From IMG/VR virus record IMGVR_UViG_3300045988_183322: a stretch of 64,000 nt of DNA; one strand, given 5' to 3'. The stretch comes from a virus. Shown here piece after piece: positions 18,501-27,442 of this stretch. The notes beneath the pieces were generated by a model that ran no database searches, had not been told where the DNA came from, and worked only from the letters and a program-made list of their open reading frames with translations. The stretch's first letter is position 1; the number at the start of each line of letters is the position of its first letter. The position numbers and the translations under genes are program-made.

Positions 18501-20249
18501 AGTTTTGTCAGTTATAACTGCTTGAATATCAGCATTATTCTGATATAAATTATTTAAAAGCTGTTCATACTGAACTTGCCTTTGAGAGGCTTTGTTTAAA
18601 TTCATGAAAGAAACCCATGAATCCTTAGTTTGCATTGCCATATAGGAAATACCTTTCCCTATTGTTGCAATAGCTAAAACCAATCCTGGTCCAGTCAAAA
18701 TAGAACCGATTCCTTGAACCACATTTTCAAGAAATGCCAAAGAACCTTCTCCTTTAATACCATCTGTTATTTTTTCAAGTAAATTATTAACTGTAGATAA
18801 TCCACTCGTCAAATCATCTAGAAAAGCCGTGTTGCCAAAAGCAGAACCTAATTCAATGCCCGTTGTTTTAAGTTTTTGGATTTGCGCATCCAATGTTTGA
18901 TTTAATATTGCATTTTTTTGGTAAGCTTCATCTACAGCTTGATTAGCATTTAATAAATTTCTATCATAACGAGATACCCCTTTTTCTACTTCTTTATAAA
19001 GTTGTTGCAATTTACTTTTTTGCGCCTCATCAGAAGTATTTTTAATTTGAATAGAAATTTCTTTAAGGACATCAACTCCTTGTTTTAATCCATCTGGCCC
19101 ATTTAAAGAAAGCCCGAATGAATTTAAAGAGTTTTCGATTTCCTTTATTTTTTCTTCAGGAAGACTTTCTAAACTTCTTCCTAAATCATTCATCAAGGAG
19201 GTCAGTTTATCAATTTGATAAAGCCCCGACATTTCTTTTAAAAATTTAACTAATTCTGACCTATCTCCGAATACTTGAACGCCTCCTAAACCATTGATAG
19301 TTTTAGCCATATTTTTCAATATGTCCATTGTTTCAAGCAATTCCCCATTATCAGATTCTACTTTAATTCCAAACCCTTTTAAAGTTTGCAATTTTGAAGG
19401 GTCAATAATTCTAGTGAATATTGATTTAGCAGAGTTGCCTAAGACACCACCTTGAAGACCTGTCGTTTCTTGTAATGTTGCAATAAATGCGGCTAATTCT
19501 CGGAACGAAACCCCTGCTGAACGCGCGGCAGAAGCAGAGCGCGCCATACCTTGAATGATACCATCAGTAGAAGCCGCCGCCGCTAAGTCGATAGCAGAAA
19601 GTGCATTCAGAATTTCACTAGAAGATAAATCTTCGTTGGAAAATGCGTTGATGGTGGCAGTTAAACCATTAATAGCTTCATCAAGACTGATACCCGTAAG
19701 GCGCATCATAATCATGGTATCATTAGTTCTCTCAATGATTTGATTCATGGCTAGGCCTTGTCTAGAAAACTCTAATGCCGCTTTTGCCGCATCTTTAAAT
19801 GAAGTTGCTGTATTTCTTGCTACGTCGAAAAGCCGATTTCCATATTCTACAATTTCAGAATTAGATGCTTCCGAAATGACTTGAAGTTCTTTTAATGCTT
19901 TTTGAACATCAATAGTAGAATCTAATAAGCTTGAAAAAGCTCTTTCTACCGCGCCCACAGAAGCGACGGAAGCCCCGAAAGCAAGGACTCTAGCATTAGA
20001 TGCGGCTAAACTCTTATCGAAGTCATTGACGAGTCCATTTATTTTTCCTAGTGGTGCTTCATAATCTCTGAATGCTCGAGATGGCATGTTAGCTCTGATA
20101 AGTTTAGTCACATCAACTTGGCTTGCTAAGCTAGCTATTTCTCTCTCTACAGTTTTTACTGCCCTCCTAGCCTGTTGTTGTAAAGACTTAGAGTTCAGGC
20201 TAACATTTAATTCAGCATCAATTTTTACTTTGTTATTATTTCCTGCCAT
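12564..20249 (-). CDS. tail tape measure protein (2561 aa)
   Basis: Very long coiled-coil-rich protein with hydrophobic central segments and Gly-rich C-terminal region with duplicated GEYV(L/I)..DV..(I/V)G..(Y/F)LD.LN motif; sits between tail genes. Confidence 0.7.
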   Translation of the reverse strand: MAGNNNKVKIDAELNVSLNSKSLQQQARRAVKTVEREIASLASQVDVTKLIRANMPSRAFRDYEAPLGKINGLVNDFDKSLAASNARVLAFGASVASVGAVERAFSSLLDSTIDVQKALKELQVISEASNSEIVEYGNRLFDVARNTATSFKDAAKAALEFSRQGLAMNQIIERTNDTMIMMRLTGISLDEAINGLTATINAFSNEDLSSSEILNALSAIDLAAAASTDGIIQGMARSASAARSAGVSFRELAAFIATLQETTGLQGGVLGNSAKSIFTRIIDPSKLQTLKGFGIKVESDNGELLETMDILKNMAKTINGLGGVQVFGDRSELVKFLKEMSGLYQIDKLTSLMNDLGRSLESLPEEKIKEIENSLNSFGLSLNGPDGLKQGVDVLKEISIQIKNTSDEAQKSKLQQLYKEVEKGVSRYDRNLLNANQAVDEAYQKNAILNQTLDAQIQKLKTTGIELGSAFGNTAFLDDLTSGLSTVNNLLEKITDGIKGEGSLAFLENVVQGIGSILTGPGLVLAIATIGKGISYMAMQTKDSWVSFMNLNKASQRQVQYEQLLNNLYQNNADIQAVITDKTISRTAQAQKVISLLDAEVAKSQTLAKIYAEIAATMTSMTTLNVSQANIGAYQKGKFVKNRASGDNAFVKEQKAIQMGIGGARKNASPVIMNNFPLDGIKQTVVANTDELIVDAGNGKYKILNRNQIKELTNSKNFAKGSIRESSKFNPIGEAFITRDITKGVINKINALSGVADKAAGSTENLSKAISKDSVEREKSLTGLIKWSIAASFLNGALLDVSEGASTTAIVFSKLGKALSTFITMKMASSAFGFGMSGKDVINAPLESAKSFLGGFSKAREIGKSNMASWRAGDTKTISLILNSFKTLGPVLKGVIGAFTKFLPIIGWVATAWQLMPDRWQDSIINRFKKSFGLLETPADRAAKSLEELAIQSAKATEGISGQDIAKNIEKAIENYRVSNITKDKKAYEEVKTGDELINKSIEEVLKSSVGTPKSLTNAILDEVLKNVRITNQWSRVRITPELQNEINKSIKNRISKAVEQGDWENVYKGTAITAELGPYAGAGATYSTRGNISYESLRDNAGSAKLAADIYIQQRKAQKLQSQEVQEEITKLRTSGRIAEIPEYLKKISNEADIIYAAEVDKLIEAFTETKKYRDEAALSSDRAYRSLVEFLKKAPIMGEDELKKLGISDKDAKKIREIQISIVTKIKNFISDIGDILKKTSILNNIPTELDSSLIRKNIYGSAAEKIQAQGSIEQRNILRERTSNILSIRELAAKFLKENLTSLGSGFSKDNLDETLRKINQATSANEIQNIFIEIGKWGKQFQNLNHEAAQKAKDFFRTIENKDLETASKELKDSINKASTALGEFDKYFSSTRFKEALNNLETQINEFTARIKNIDYNNTIQQTILSARKTISPSLSTGIEAQKSQLDYESNMRKIMLEQQRYFAEVEKEVVQRISNLSSSQDRDELMNIVNGIRRSEGGFSDIQEVSALIGKIAKAEEEASLQENRQRLALAIQELRSADMQYKAANIQLSAAEQTSKAIQEQLNNRQAKISVQNILPSLLKNLPSVTNTLSGKRSFEGDNITKFSQSLLSELQKAFDKTLNIVTPNSIEENARRQQSFSMYGKTYDISTQKAQESIKKLQEQFTLLGNALNQRVNIQLTSFSAKIKQTSDAITKMRLNMEKEDVDLESDILLLPDEVKEVVRGFDLLNKANKELAIGQMEVAQANLEQRRSLLEATNRIEDVGKRAEIVQQFDSRKSNDELANIIGRALAEQEVLGLKSTDIFKSSVDDFGKFNEIFKTAINEFDKAVDKIVDKNPRELENIRGSSIQSLARERNSQTSYNGIGIVNAGGPTDIPSDDDLNPFEGYIEDVETTAVAMSDLTDATTKATEIVSKQKEKTEEQIDALGKANADLLKNNDATTKATEAQINYKKAVNEAQKFLERFTIIGNKAITAATAAEKYSYQRQVNINNEGPKNIKGYENMTYQQAMEEALKKGDAGKEDLLKIQEQFNKRLEFKTFNEGWSESLAQMSDDAKRLEENMGKMIGTIKDGFVDVFTDAITGAKSFEDAMTDMVTNVANQIIKHGLNSLISNMFSGVAGLGSGGQQSTPAIYSSQSGMGGGIFSWLTNLFAEGGQVVGGSGVRDDVPALLTGGEYVLKKDVVSRVGKDYLDMLNSGKVSKFATGGYVKGRNSERWYLDNGGYPTDTSKSNTGGNNGFYSPGKYGYGSIVGRNNLKSFATQSFTSGQYDVIKQNDTGGVIGLENESWRISAYGRNADTVENQTTEADKREAFNLADQEQKQADALEKERKKRKKSMWKSIIGMGAMIGLNYITGGIGGNSTWGLAGLFGGGNSSWGKGIQEFQGAFGNGPRGSDQVNILRGIFGMKKLEKQRASGGPITSGTAGRDTTPINAMNGEYVISRDVARNIGTPFLDALNNNRVSFANDGGSQTSGPVGMDFSKLIDKFDEMITVVKEAFETSTGNITINITDNSTGGTQESQQGETSEDNQRLAQRIKEVVRSTILEEKRVGGMLNTTKA

Positions 20250-20279
20250 CTCTCTTTAATTTACACAGAGGTCTTAATA

Positions 20280-21236
20280 TTAAAGTGTGGACAAATCTTT
20301 AATATCTAACTTGCCACCTTTTTTCCTTAATAAATCAACTAGTTTTATTTTACTTGATTCAGGCTCTAAAGTATCTAAATCTTCTTTAGTGCTTCCGACA
20401 TAAGATTTCATCGTGTGAGAATCGTCTTTCTCTTTATTTTTACTATTTTCTTTTTTTACGAATGCAATAATTCTTTCATAATCATGAACTATTGACTCTG
20501 GTATTTGATAATTTTTGAATATGTTCGTATATGTTTTTGCTAAACTAACTAAACGAACTTGAAAAGATGTTAATTCAAATACATTTTTGCCGAAAAATGC
20601 TGTTGGGTCTTCGGCTATGATTAAATAGGAAGAAAAAAATTCGCTTACTACTAATTCATTTAATTTAGCTTCTGATATAGACTCTTTAATTCTTTTGAAT
20701 ATTTTAAATATTTCTTCTACTTCATCAGTTTCTAATAATTCAATATCTTCTTCTGAAAAAAGAGGTATCGAAAGCTTTTCGTCTTTATAAAGAAGAGAAA
20801 GGACAAATTTTTCATATCCTTTCGCATTTGCAAAATCTTCTGCTGTTCTCCCTAATAAATCTTTTCTTTTTCTCTCCATCCTGATAAGGTTAAAACGTTC
20901 CTTATCTATTGTTTTTTGTTGCTCTTTTTTTTGTGATGGAAGAATAGTTTTCTCTTGTGTTAAAATTAAAGATTCAACAAATCCTCTTTGTTTGATGACT
21001 TCATCTTCTTCTTTCTGACTCCATGCTCCATTTTTATAAGCTATTTCTAAAGCTGTTTTTTCAAGAGGCATACCTTGCCTAACACATTCGTTTATTATTC
21101 TTTGTGTTTCTTCTGGAATAATACTTCTCTCATAGTCAGAATAATGTTTGAGGTATGCAGTCGTCCCACATACCTCAACAATAGAATATCCTGACACGAT
21201 TTCCTTCAATAGAAAAGCCGCATCATGTTCTTTCAT
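20280..21236 (-). CDS. hypothetical Glu/Lys-rich protein upstream of tape measure
   Basis: ORF in the same frame as the upstream ORF, separated only by one TAA (21237-21239). Confidence 0.35.
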   Translation of the reverse strand: MKEHDAAFLLKEIVSGYSIVEVCGTTAYLKHYSDYERSIIPEETQRIINECVRQGMPLEKTALEIAYKNGAWSQKEEDEVIKQRGFVESLILTQEKTILPSQKKEQQKTIDKERFNLIRMERKRKDLLGRTAEDFANAKGYEKFVLSLLYKDEKLSIPLFSEEDIELLETDEVEEIFKIFKRIKESISEAKLNELVVSEFFSSYLIIAEDPTAFFGKNVFELTSFQVRLVSLAKTYTNIFKNYQIPESIVHDYERIIAFVKKENSKNKEKDDSHTMKSYVGSTKEDLDTLEPESSKIKLVDLLRKKGGKLDIKDLSTL

Positions 21237-22244
21237 TTAAGCTCCTTCAAGTTTATCTTCTTTTTTTCTTCTTCTCTTTGGCCTCTCTTGTTTTTTTTCT
21301 AAATTTGAAGAATTAGAAACGGCTTCCTCGTTAGATTTCTTTTCTTCTCCCTTAGCCTTTGCTTCTTCGATTTTTTGTTTCATCTCTAATTTTTGAGCTT
21401 TTTCTCTCAAATCCTTTTCTTTTTGCTCATTTTTTTCAAGAAGCTCCATTGCCTCTGTAAATTGTTCTTTAGTGAGAACATCAGCGCGATAGAAATACAA
21501 ACCATACACCTTTTGAACTTTTTCTAGAATTTGGAAATAAATAGGGTCATCTTCATCTTCCAAATCAAGATACTTTTCTACTTGGTCATTGAACTCAATC
21601 TTTTTTGTGACTGTATCAACAGGAACTTCATATAAATCTTTATAATCTTCTTCTCCCGGATTCTTTATTTGAGTTCCTTTAATAATAAAGTATCTTAATT
21701 TATGATTTTCCGCTAGTTTATCAGCAGTATGAGTAAATAAGGTGTCATATTCACTCTCAATTTCTAAAATTCGCTGATAATTTTTCCCATATTCAGGAAT
21801 TAGTTTCTGCAATTCCTGAATCTTATTTTTCTCTTCTTCTGTCAATTCGTCATCTTCTTTGTCGGATAATGTTGAACTTAGCAGAGTGAATAATTCTTTT
21901 ATTTCCACTTGACGCTCATATCTTTCAGTAAGTTCTTTGAAAATTTCATTTGTATAAAGACCGCCTGTATCTGTGTATTTTTTATACAGCATTTGCTTTG
22001 TCATGATACCCATATTGAGACATTCAGATAACTTCAAAGAATATTGAAATTCTGCTTCTTCAATATTTTTTCTTGTTGGTCTTAAACATCTTATGTTAAT
22101 TTCTTCAACTGTTTCAACCTTCTTTTTTCGAACAATTTCTTCTCCTGTCTCAGTATCTTTTTCGGAAATTTCGATTGTCTTTTCTACAGGTTTTTTTATA
22201 ATAAACTCATAAAGAACTCTGTCTTTTTTGGCTGTCTTGAGCAT
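21237..22244 (-). CDS. hypothetical Glu/Lys-rich protein (first gene of the minus-strand tail operon)
   Basis: ORF with basic C-terminal tail KKQERPKRRRKKEDKLEGA. Confidence 0.35.
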   Translation of the reverse strand: MLKTAKKDRVLYEFIIKKPVEKTIEISEKDTETGEEIVRKKKVETVEEINIRCLRPTRKNIEEAEFQYSLKLSECLNMGIMTKQMLYKKYTDTGGLYTNEIFKELTERYERQVEIKELFTLLSSTLSDKEDDELTEEEKNKIQELQKLIPEYGKNYQRILEIESEYDTLFTHTADKLAENHKLRYFIIKGTQIKNPGEEDYKDLYEVPVDTVTKKIEFNDQVEKYLDLEDEDDPIYFQILEKVQKVYGLYFYRADVLTKEQFTEAMELLEKNEQKEKDLREKAQKLEMKQKIEEAKAKGEEKKSNEEAVSNSSNLEKKQERPKRRRKKEDKLEGA

Positions 22245-22261
22245 ATGTGTAATAAATTAAG

Positions 22262-22708
22262 ATGTTATTGAATGATTCTCAGAAAGAAGCTATCAGAAGT
22301 AAATTGACTATTCTTCATAATGAATTATCGAGAGATATTACAATTTTTCAAGCAGAAAAAATACTTTTTATTTCAACAGACGATTCTTATTCTGGTGCAT
22401 ATAAACATAGTCTTTCTCAAAAAGAAGTTGTATATACAGAAAATAATGTAAAAGCCCGCATCTATTATAATAATACGGACTTCAATAGTTTGAATACATT
22501 AGATTCTAATATCCATGCAAATTTAGTTGATGGTAAATGTGTTGTGCGTGTTGATAAAGAAGGCTATGAATTATTGAAAAATGCAGAAAAAGTTATTATT
22601 GATGGTAAGGAAATGACTTTAACTTCAAGTTCGAAACCAGTTGGCAACGGAGTATTTAATGGATTATTTTGGGATTTCATCTTAAGCCCTGACACATCAG
22701 AAGTTTAA
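22262..22708 (+). CDS. hypothetical protein (tail/baseplate region)
   Basis: ORF; first of a 4-gene plus-strand block ending in a tail-collar-domain protein. Confidence 0.3.
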   Translation: MLLNDSQKEAIRSKLTILHNELSRDITIFQAEKILFISTDDSYSGAYKHSLSQKEVVYTENNVKARIYYNNTDFNSLNTLDSNIHANLVDGKCVVRVDKEGYELLKNAEKVIIDGKEMTLTSSSKPVGNGVFNGLFWDFILSPDTSEV

Positions 22709-23340
22709 TGAAGGTCAATACAAAATCTGTAAGAATAAATTATAAAGCCTCCATTATAGAAAGTGGCTCATTGACGACAATAGATAGGTCCATTACCCCA
22801 AAACTTAAAGATTATATAGCAATTGCAAAGGACGAACTCCTTCAACAATTTAATTCTCATCCTGTTACACAAGAGATAGATATGGGTCCAAATGGGAGTA
22901 ATATATCAGGAACATTAAGCGGGTATGGATGTCTTTTTTCTTTCATTGGGTTTGATAGTGGCGACAATCCTACTGATATCATACGGAGAAAAATAAAAAA
23001 TATTCAACTTCGTATTTATCAAAAAGGTTCAAAAGTAGATTATAAAATAATTGCCCCATCTATAGAGAATATCTATCGCGATACCCCTTTACCTTGGGCA
23101 AAGGGAAGAAGTTGGGTTAGAGGAATAGAGCATGGATTGCCTAATATTGCTCAATATAAGCATAGTAAAGAAATATCTTCTTATTCTCGTTCTGGAACAG
23201 GCCTTTTAATTAAAGAACCCAAAACATTCGCTCTAAAAAGTCATATAAGAAGATTTAAAAATACGCCGTATGTAACAATGATGCTTCGGGATTTTGATGA
23301 AAAAATGAAATCATATATTAATTTTATTCTAAAATCATGA
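22708..23340 (+). CDS. hypothetical protein
   Basis: ORF with start/stop overlap with neighbours. Confidence 0.3.
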   Translation: MKVNTKSVRINYKASIIESGSLTTIDRSITPKLKDYIAIAKDELLQQFNSHPVTQEIDMGPNGSNISGTLSGYGCLFSFIGFDSGDNPTDIIRRKIKNIQLRIYQKGSKVDYKIIAPSIENIYRDTPLPWAKGRSWVRGIEHGLPNIAQYKHSKEISSYSRSGTGLLIKEPKTFALKSHIRRFKNTPYVTMMLRDFDEKMKSYINFILKS

Positions 23341-24164
23341 AAAAACAATTCATTCATAAATTTTCTACTTCTTATCTGTTATGGTTTGAGAATTTCCTTA
23401 ATAAGAAAGGAGAAATATATTCCACTGAAGAAGTTGAATTTAAATATTCAGGAAAATCTTCTTTTTATATTGGATTAGATGAATGGCAATCACCATATGA
23501 ATCAATTATTTATGATTCTTCTCTAAAAAATGTTTCAGTAACCCCTAAGATATTATTAGATATTTTCAAAGCAAGAGTTCAGTTCGCTGGTGGTAATATA
23601 TTATGTCAACCAGTACATAAAGATAGCATAAAATTACTTTGCTCACCTCAAGAATGCTCTGTTTCTTTCTCTAATTTAACAGAAGGCGAGATTATTACGA
23701 ATGTAGTAGAAGAAGCTCAGGAAAAAAGAAAAAAGAAAAAAAATATATTTTTAACTCCTAAAATTATTTTATGTATAGATGATTTTACAAATGAGCCATT
23801 TGCCTTTGGTGGCATGATGAACAGCAAAATAGCCTGTAAAGCGGTCATTTTCTCTCAAGACCAATACTTTTTAGATGGTGTTCTATCAATCTTTAATGAT
23901 TCTAGAGATGAAATATTTGTTGAGATTGATGATGAAAATTATCCTTTGAATGAAATGGGAGTTTTTAAGGAAAAATTTATTGAGTTAGGCGAATTTAATT
24001 ATGACAATATTTCTAAAGAATCTGTGCAAAATAAAAATAATATTTTTTATATAGAAAATGTTTTTTGCTCTAAATCTAATGATAAGATAAGCAGAGAAGC
24101 TACCGCTAATTTATATATTGGGTTCATAGAATTTGACATAAATTGCGAAAGATATAGAGAATGA
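23337..24164 (+). CDS. hypothetical protein
   Basis: ORF with start/stop overlap with neighbours. Confidence 0.3.
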   Translation: MKKQFIHKFSTSYLLWFENFLNKKGEIYSTEEVEFKYSGKSSFYIGLDEWQSPYESIIYDSSLKNVSVTPKILLDIFKARVQFAGGNILCQPVHKDSIKLLCSPQECSVSFSNLTEGEIITNVVEEAQEKRKKKKNIFLTPKIILCIDDFTNEPFAFGGMMNSKIACKAVIFSQDQYFLDGVLSIFNDSRDEIFVEIDDENYPLNEMGVFKEKFIELGEFNYDNISKESVQNKNNIFYIENVFCSKSNDKISREATANLYIGFIEFDINCERYRE

Positions 24165-24838
24165 AAAAAAATCCTTACGAAAGAATTAAGCATGGATTCG
24201 ATAGGTTTCCCACATCTCCTCCAATCGCGACTACAGATAGAGTAGGTGGCTTCTTGTTAGAAGAAAATGGAGATTTTGTCCTTGATAAACTTGGTCATTT
24301 GAAATTAGCAAACTCAGGTGGTGGAGGCGGTGGAGGTAGCTCTAGCGATTCTGGCAGAGTAGGTGATATTGTTTTCACTTTTAATCCTTCCATTGAACTC
24401 GGTGGGTATTGGCTTGAAAGTGCTGGGCAAAGTATGAGCAAACGAGAATATCCAGAGCTTTTTGAAGTTATTGGCTATAAATATGGTGGTCAAGGAGATA
24501 ATTTCCTTCTTCCTAATTTTAAACAAAATCAATGGTTTGTTCGTTCTTATAGCTCCGATAATCCAATCGGCTCAACTCAAATTGATGCGATTAGGAATAT
24601 TACTGGTAAAGTTACATTGTTAGGTACTGGTGGGTCCTATCTATGGGGAGGTGCTAAATCTGGCGTTTTTGATTTTGAAAAATACGATAATTTCAGCAAA
24701 TATTCCGTTCCTTCTACGTCTTCTCAATATAAAGGACTCGTTCAAAATATCACTTTCGATGCTTCTAAAAGTGTCACAACTGCAAATGAAAATAGGCCTG
24801 TTAATATAGCAATGAGAGTATTGATTAAAGTGAAATGA
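24161..24838 (+). CDS. tail fibre protein with phage tail-collar domain
   Basis: KREYPELFEVIGYKYGGQGDNFLLPNFKQN matches the tail-collar motif (Y..LF..IG..YG.GDG.T.F.LPD). Gly/Ser linker GGGGGGGSSSDSG. Confidence 0.6.
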   Translation: MKKNPYERIKHGFDRFPTSPPIATTDRVGGFLLEENGDFVLDKLGHLKLANSGGGGGGGSSSDSGRVGDIVFTFNPSIELGGYWLESAGQSMSKREYPELFEVIGYKYGGQGDNFLLPNFKQNQWFVRSYSSDNPIGSTQIDAIRNITGKVTLLGTGGSYLWGGAKSGVFDFEKYDNFSKYSVPSTSSQYKGLVQNITFDASKSVTTANENRPVNIAMRVLIKVK

Positions 24839-25056
24839 TGAATTATTTTTCAAAAAAGAATCTAAGTTACAAAAAAGAGGGGTTAATTGTTAAACGGGAT
24901 GCTAAAACTGGTAAAGTTAGTGTTTCTGTAAAACTTCTTGATAGAGAAAAAACAGCTAGTGATTTTTTCGTAGAATATGAAGAAAAAAGTCATAAACGCG
25001 CAATGGCTACAATGAGAGAAATATTGAAATCTAGGAATAAAGATATTAAATCATAG
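24835..25056 (+). CDS. small hypothetical protein
   Basis: ORF only. Confidence 0.25.
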   Translation: MMNYFSKKNLSYKKEGLIVKRDAKTGKVSVSVKLLDREKTASDFFVEYEEKSHKRAMATMREILKSRNKDIKS

Positions 25057-25132
25057 TTCTTTAATTTTTAATAATTTTTTCGTTTGAATGTAAAGATATT
25101 AGAAACGCAGATTAATTTCATAAAATTTTGTT

Positions 25133-26335
25133 ATGGCTAAAAGAAAAAATAGACTCATTTATCAGTCTTTAGGTATTCAGGTTCTCCCAATTGGGGCTGA
25201 TGGAACGACTGCCGATAATTTAAAACAACTTTATCGCGTTCAAAGCTTTTCCACAACTTCTTCTATCTCATTCCAAGACATTAATGAGTTTGGTCAGTTA
25301 GCCGCTATTGATAGAATCAACTTAGAGGCTCCTACAATTAGTGGCACTATTGAATATTATATCACAGAAGGATTCAACGAGGAAGCTCTTGGTTTTACAG
25401 TAAATAGAGGGACAAAGACCGGTGGGGCATGGCCTACAAACAACTCCTTTATGGGAGATATGCTTGAAGATACGTCTGGTGGATTGGACTTTTTTGAAGG
25501 TATCGCTGATGAAGGTGTTGACCTCAACCAATTTTATGCAACTAACATTGAACCTTGGTCTTTAGCTGCTGGTTCTCAAGAGACGGTTGGTATTCTTGGA
25601 TTTGGTAATGTTTACGTTACTGATTACACAGTCAATTTTTCTGTTGGCGAATTACCTACTGCATCAATTTCCATTGAAGGTTCAAATGCTAATGGTGTTT
25701 TGGTGAGTGGTGGAGAAGAAGCTGTAAAAGTCGAGGCTACTTCCCCTGAGGTTAGCCTCGAAGACGGAACAGCAAGTACTGATAAAGTCCAACTGAATAC
25801 TTTCCAAAAATATAGGAAAACAGAAGCTCCTGCTATTTCGGCTTTGCGTCCCGGAGATATTAATGTGAAGATAGTTGAAGCTGGGACAGATACCGAACAA
25901 AAGAAAACTTTAATTGACTTTTCCCAAATTGGCTCTACTGGCTCTTATATTCAGAGCGTAAGTATTTCTGTTCCTCTTGCTCGTGAAGGCTTGCAAAGAT
26001 TGGGGACTAAGTATTTCTATGCGCGTGTTGTTACTTTCCCGTTGACAGCTACAGTTTCTATCTCTGCTCTTGTTAATGGAGTTAATAGTAATGTTTCCAT
26101 TGCTGATATCTTATCTACTAATCCAAAGGTTGACGTTATTGTTTCTATTAAGAATCCAAACGATGATTCTAAAATTGCTTTAGAATATCGAATCAAAAAT
26201 TGCACTATTGATGAACAACCTATTAACGCTTCTATTGGTAGTAATACTACAGCTGATTTGACCCTTTCTACTCAAATTGGCTCTAAGACTGACACTGATA
26301 ATGGCGTATTTGTTTATTCTGAATATACTCTCTAA
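25133..26335 (+). CDS. major tail protein (putative)
   Basis: 400-aa Thr/Ser/Gly-rich beta protein, isolated highly expressed-looking gene followed by a strong terminator; adjacent to the tail module. Confidence 0.4.
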   Translation: MAKRKNRLIYQSLGIQVLPIGADGTTADNLKQLYRVQSFSTTSSISFQDINEFGQLAAIDRINLEAPTISGTIEYYITEGFNEEALGFTVNRGTKTGGAWPTNNSFMGDMLEDTSGGLDFFEGIADEGVDLNQFYATNIEPWSLAAGSQETVGILGFGNVYVTDYTVNFSVGELPTASISIEGSNANGVLVSGGEEAVKVEATSPEVSLEDGTASTDKVQLNTFQKYRKTEAPAISALRPGDINVKIVEAGTDTEQKKTLIDFSQIGSTGSYIQSVSISVPLAREGLQRLGTKYFYARVVTFPLTATVSISALVNGVNSNVSIADILSTNPKVDVIVSIKNPNDDSKIALEYRIKNCTIDEQPINASIGSNTTADLTLSTQIGSKTDTDNGVFVYSEYTL

Positions 26336-26368
26336 TCAGTAATTTAGCTTCAAAACTATTATAAGACA

Positions 26369-26404
26369 TAAGACCTTACTTTTTAAAAGTAAGGTCTTAT
26401 TTTA
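26369..26404. terminator. intrinsic terminator (12-bp stem, T-tract) between convergent genes
   Basis: taagaccttact-ttttaaa-agtaaggtctta then ttttat. Confidence 0.6.
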
Positions 26405-26559
26405 TATGCTAGTACTCGCAGATAGCTCTAATCTTTCTTGAAATGATATGCTCTATTGATTTTAATGTACTAATCTAAACTAAATAAGACAGCCACATTT
26501 TCGCTCAAAATGAGCAAAAGATGTGGCTGAATAGAATGTCGCTTTTTAATCTAGCACGA

Positions 26560-27039
26560 CTAAGATTCGAAACTCAAATATGGTGGGATAGCTGGTATTT
26601 GGACTATTTGATAAGGCATAAGTTTATGCATTTTATAAGAATTTATTAGATTATCGAGATAGGTTTTGCTTGAATCATATAGACTCTTATAAGATTTCGA
26701 TACTTCGTTCTTATTTTGAAATGTCACAGAAGAAGTTCCATCTTTAATAGAAAGAATAGTTGATTCACCAGAAGATGTAATAACCCCATCTAAAGCCTTT
26801 CTCACTAATCCGTTGAAATATTTGCAAAAGTACATGGCCTTAAATACAGCTTGAGCTAACAAATCTTCGGCTAAATCTTCTTCTGTTAAATTTTCTAAAA
26901 TATTGAGATTTAATACTTGAAGATTATATTTTAACCATTCTGATACTTGAGCCTCATTTAAGGAATCATCCCCTAATTCGGCTATAATTTCTCTGGCTAA
27001 AACATCAAAAATTGTTTCATTCATCCCTACTTCGGACAT
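26560..27039 (-). CDS. hypothetical head-tail joining region protein
   Basis: Position downstream of the capsid gene; overlaps the upstream ORF by 23 nt. Confidence 0.3.
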   Translation of the reverse strand: MSEVGMNETIFDVLAREIIAELGDDSLNEAQVSEWLKYNLQVLNLNILENLTEEDLAEDLLAQAVFKAMYFCKYFNGLVRKALDGVITSSGESTILSIKDGTSSVTFQNKNEVSKSYKSLYDSSKTYLDNLINSYKMHKLMPYQIVQIPAIPPYLSFES

Positions 27040-27430
27040 ACATCAAGTCTCTAATTTCATCTCTATCATCCTCACTTAAATCATCAAAATTTTTTGTTCT
27101 TTTGATTTCATCAAGAGAATATTCCTTTTTCGAAGTCCCATATCTTTCAACAAACTCTCTTTTAAGAGTTGCAACAATTCGTTGAGAAGGTTGACGAACA
27201 TTAATACCCAATTTCCGAGCAAGTTCTATCATATCTTCATATTTCATTGTTTTAAGATTTTCTTCAAAAACTTCTAAATCTCTCGTCCCAAATATGTTTG
27301 TTATATTTTCTCCAAGAAGTTCTTCTGTTTCACGAACCTCTTGTCTTCTCGCTGAATCTAAATTTTTTCTCGCTCTCATTTTCTTATTATTTAAGATAAA
27401 AAAAGGAGGTCTCCTGAGAGACCTCCTCAT
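27017..27430 (-). CDS. hypothetical protein
   Basis: ORF only. Confidence 0.3.
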   Translation of the reverse strand: MRRSLRRPPFFILNNKKMRARKNLDSARRQEVRETEELLGENITNIFGTRDLEVFEENLKTMKYEDMIELARKLGINVRQPSQRIVATLKREFVERYGTSKKEYSLDEIKRTKNFDDLSEDDRDEIRDLMYVRSRDE

Positions 27431-27442
27431 AAATTGTCTCTT

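Noticed and set aside
12868-19743. Several 60-220-aa plus-strand ORFs inside the tape measure gene
   Set aside because: Antisense to a long, well-supported coding region; low-complexity translations.
8457-20249. crAss-like phage assignment (low GC, BspA-like repeats, giant protein)
   Set aside because: Presence of a classical tape-measure, Dit/Tal-like order and canonical sigma70 (not Bacteroidetes-type) promoters argues for a siphovirus-like phage of a different host.
20280-22244. Tail assembly chaperone -1 frameshift
   Set aside because: ORFs are about 320-335 aa each (too large), share a frame, and no slippery heptamer was seen; kept only as a low-interest readthrough note.
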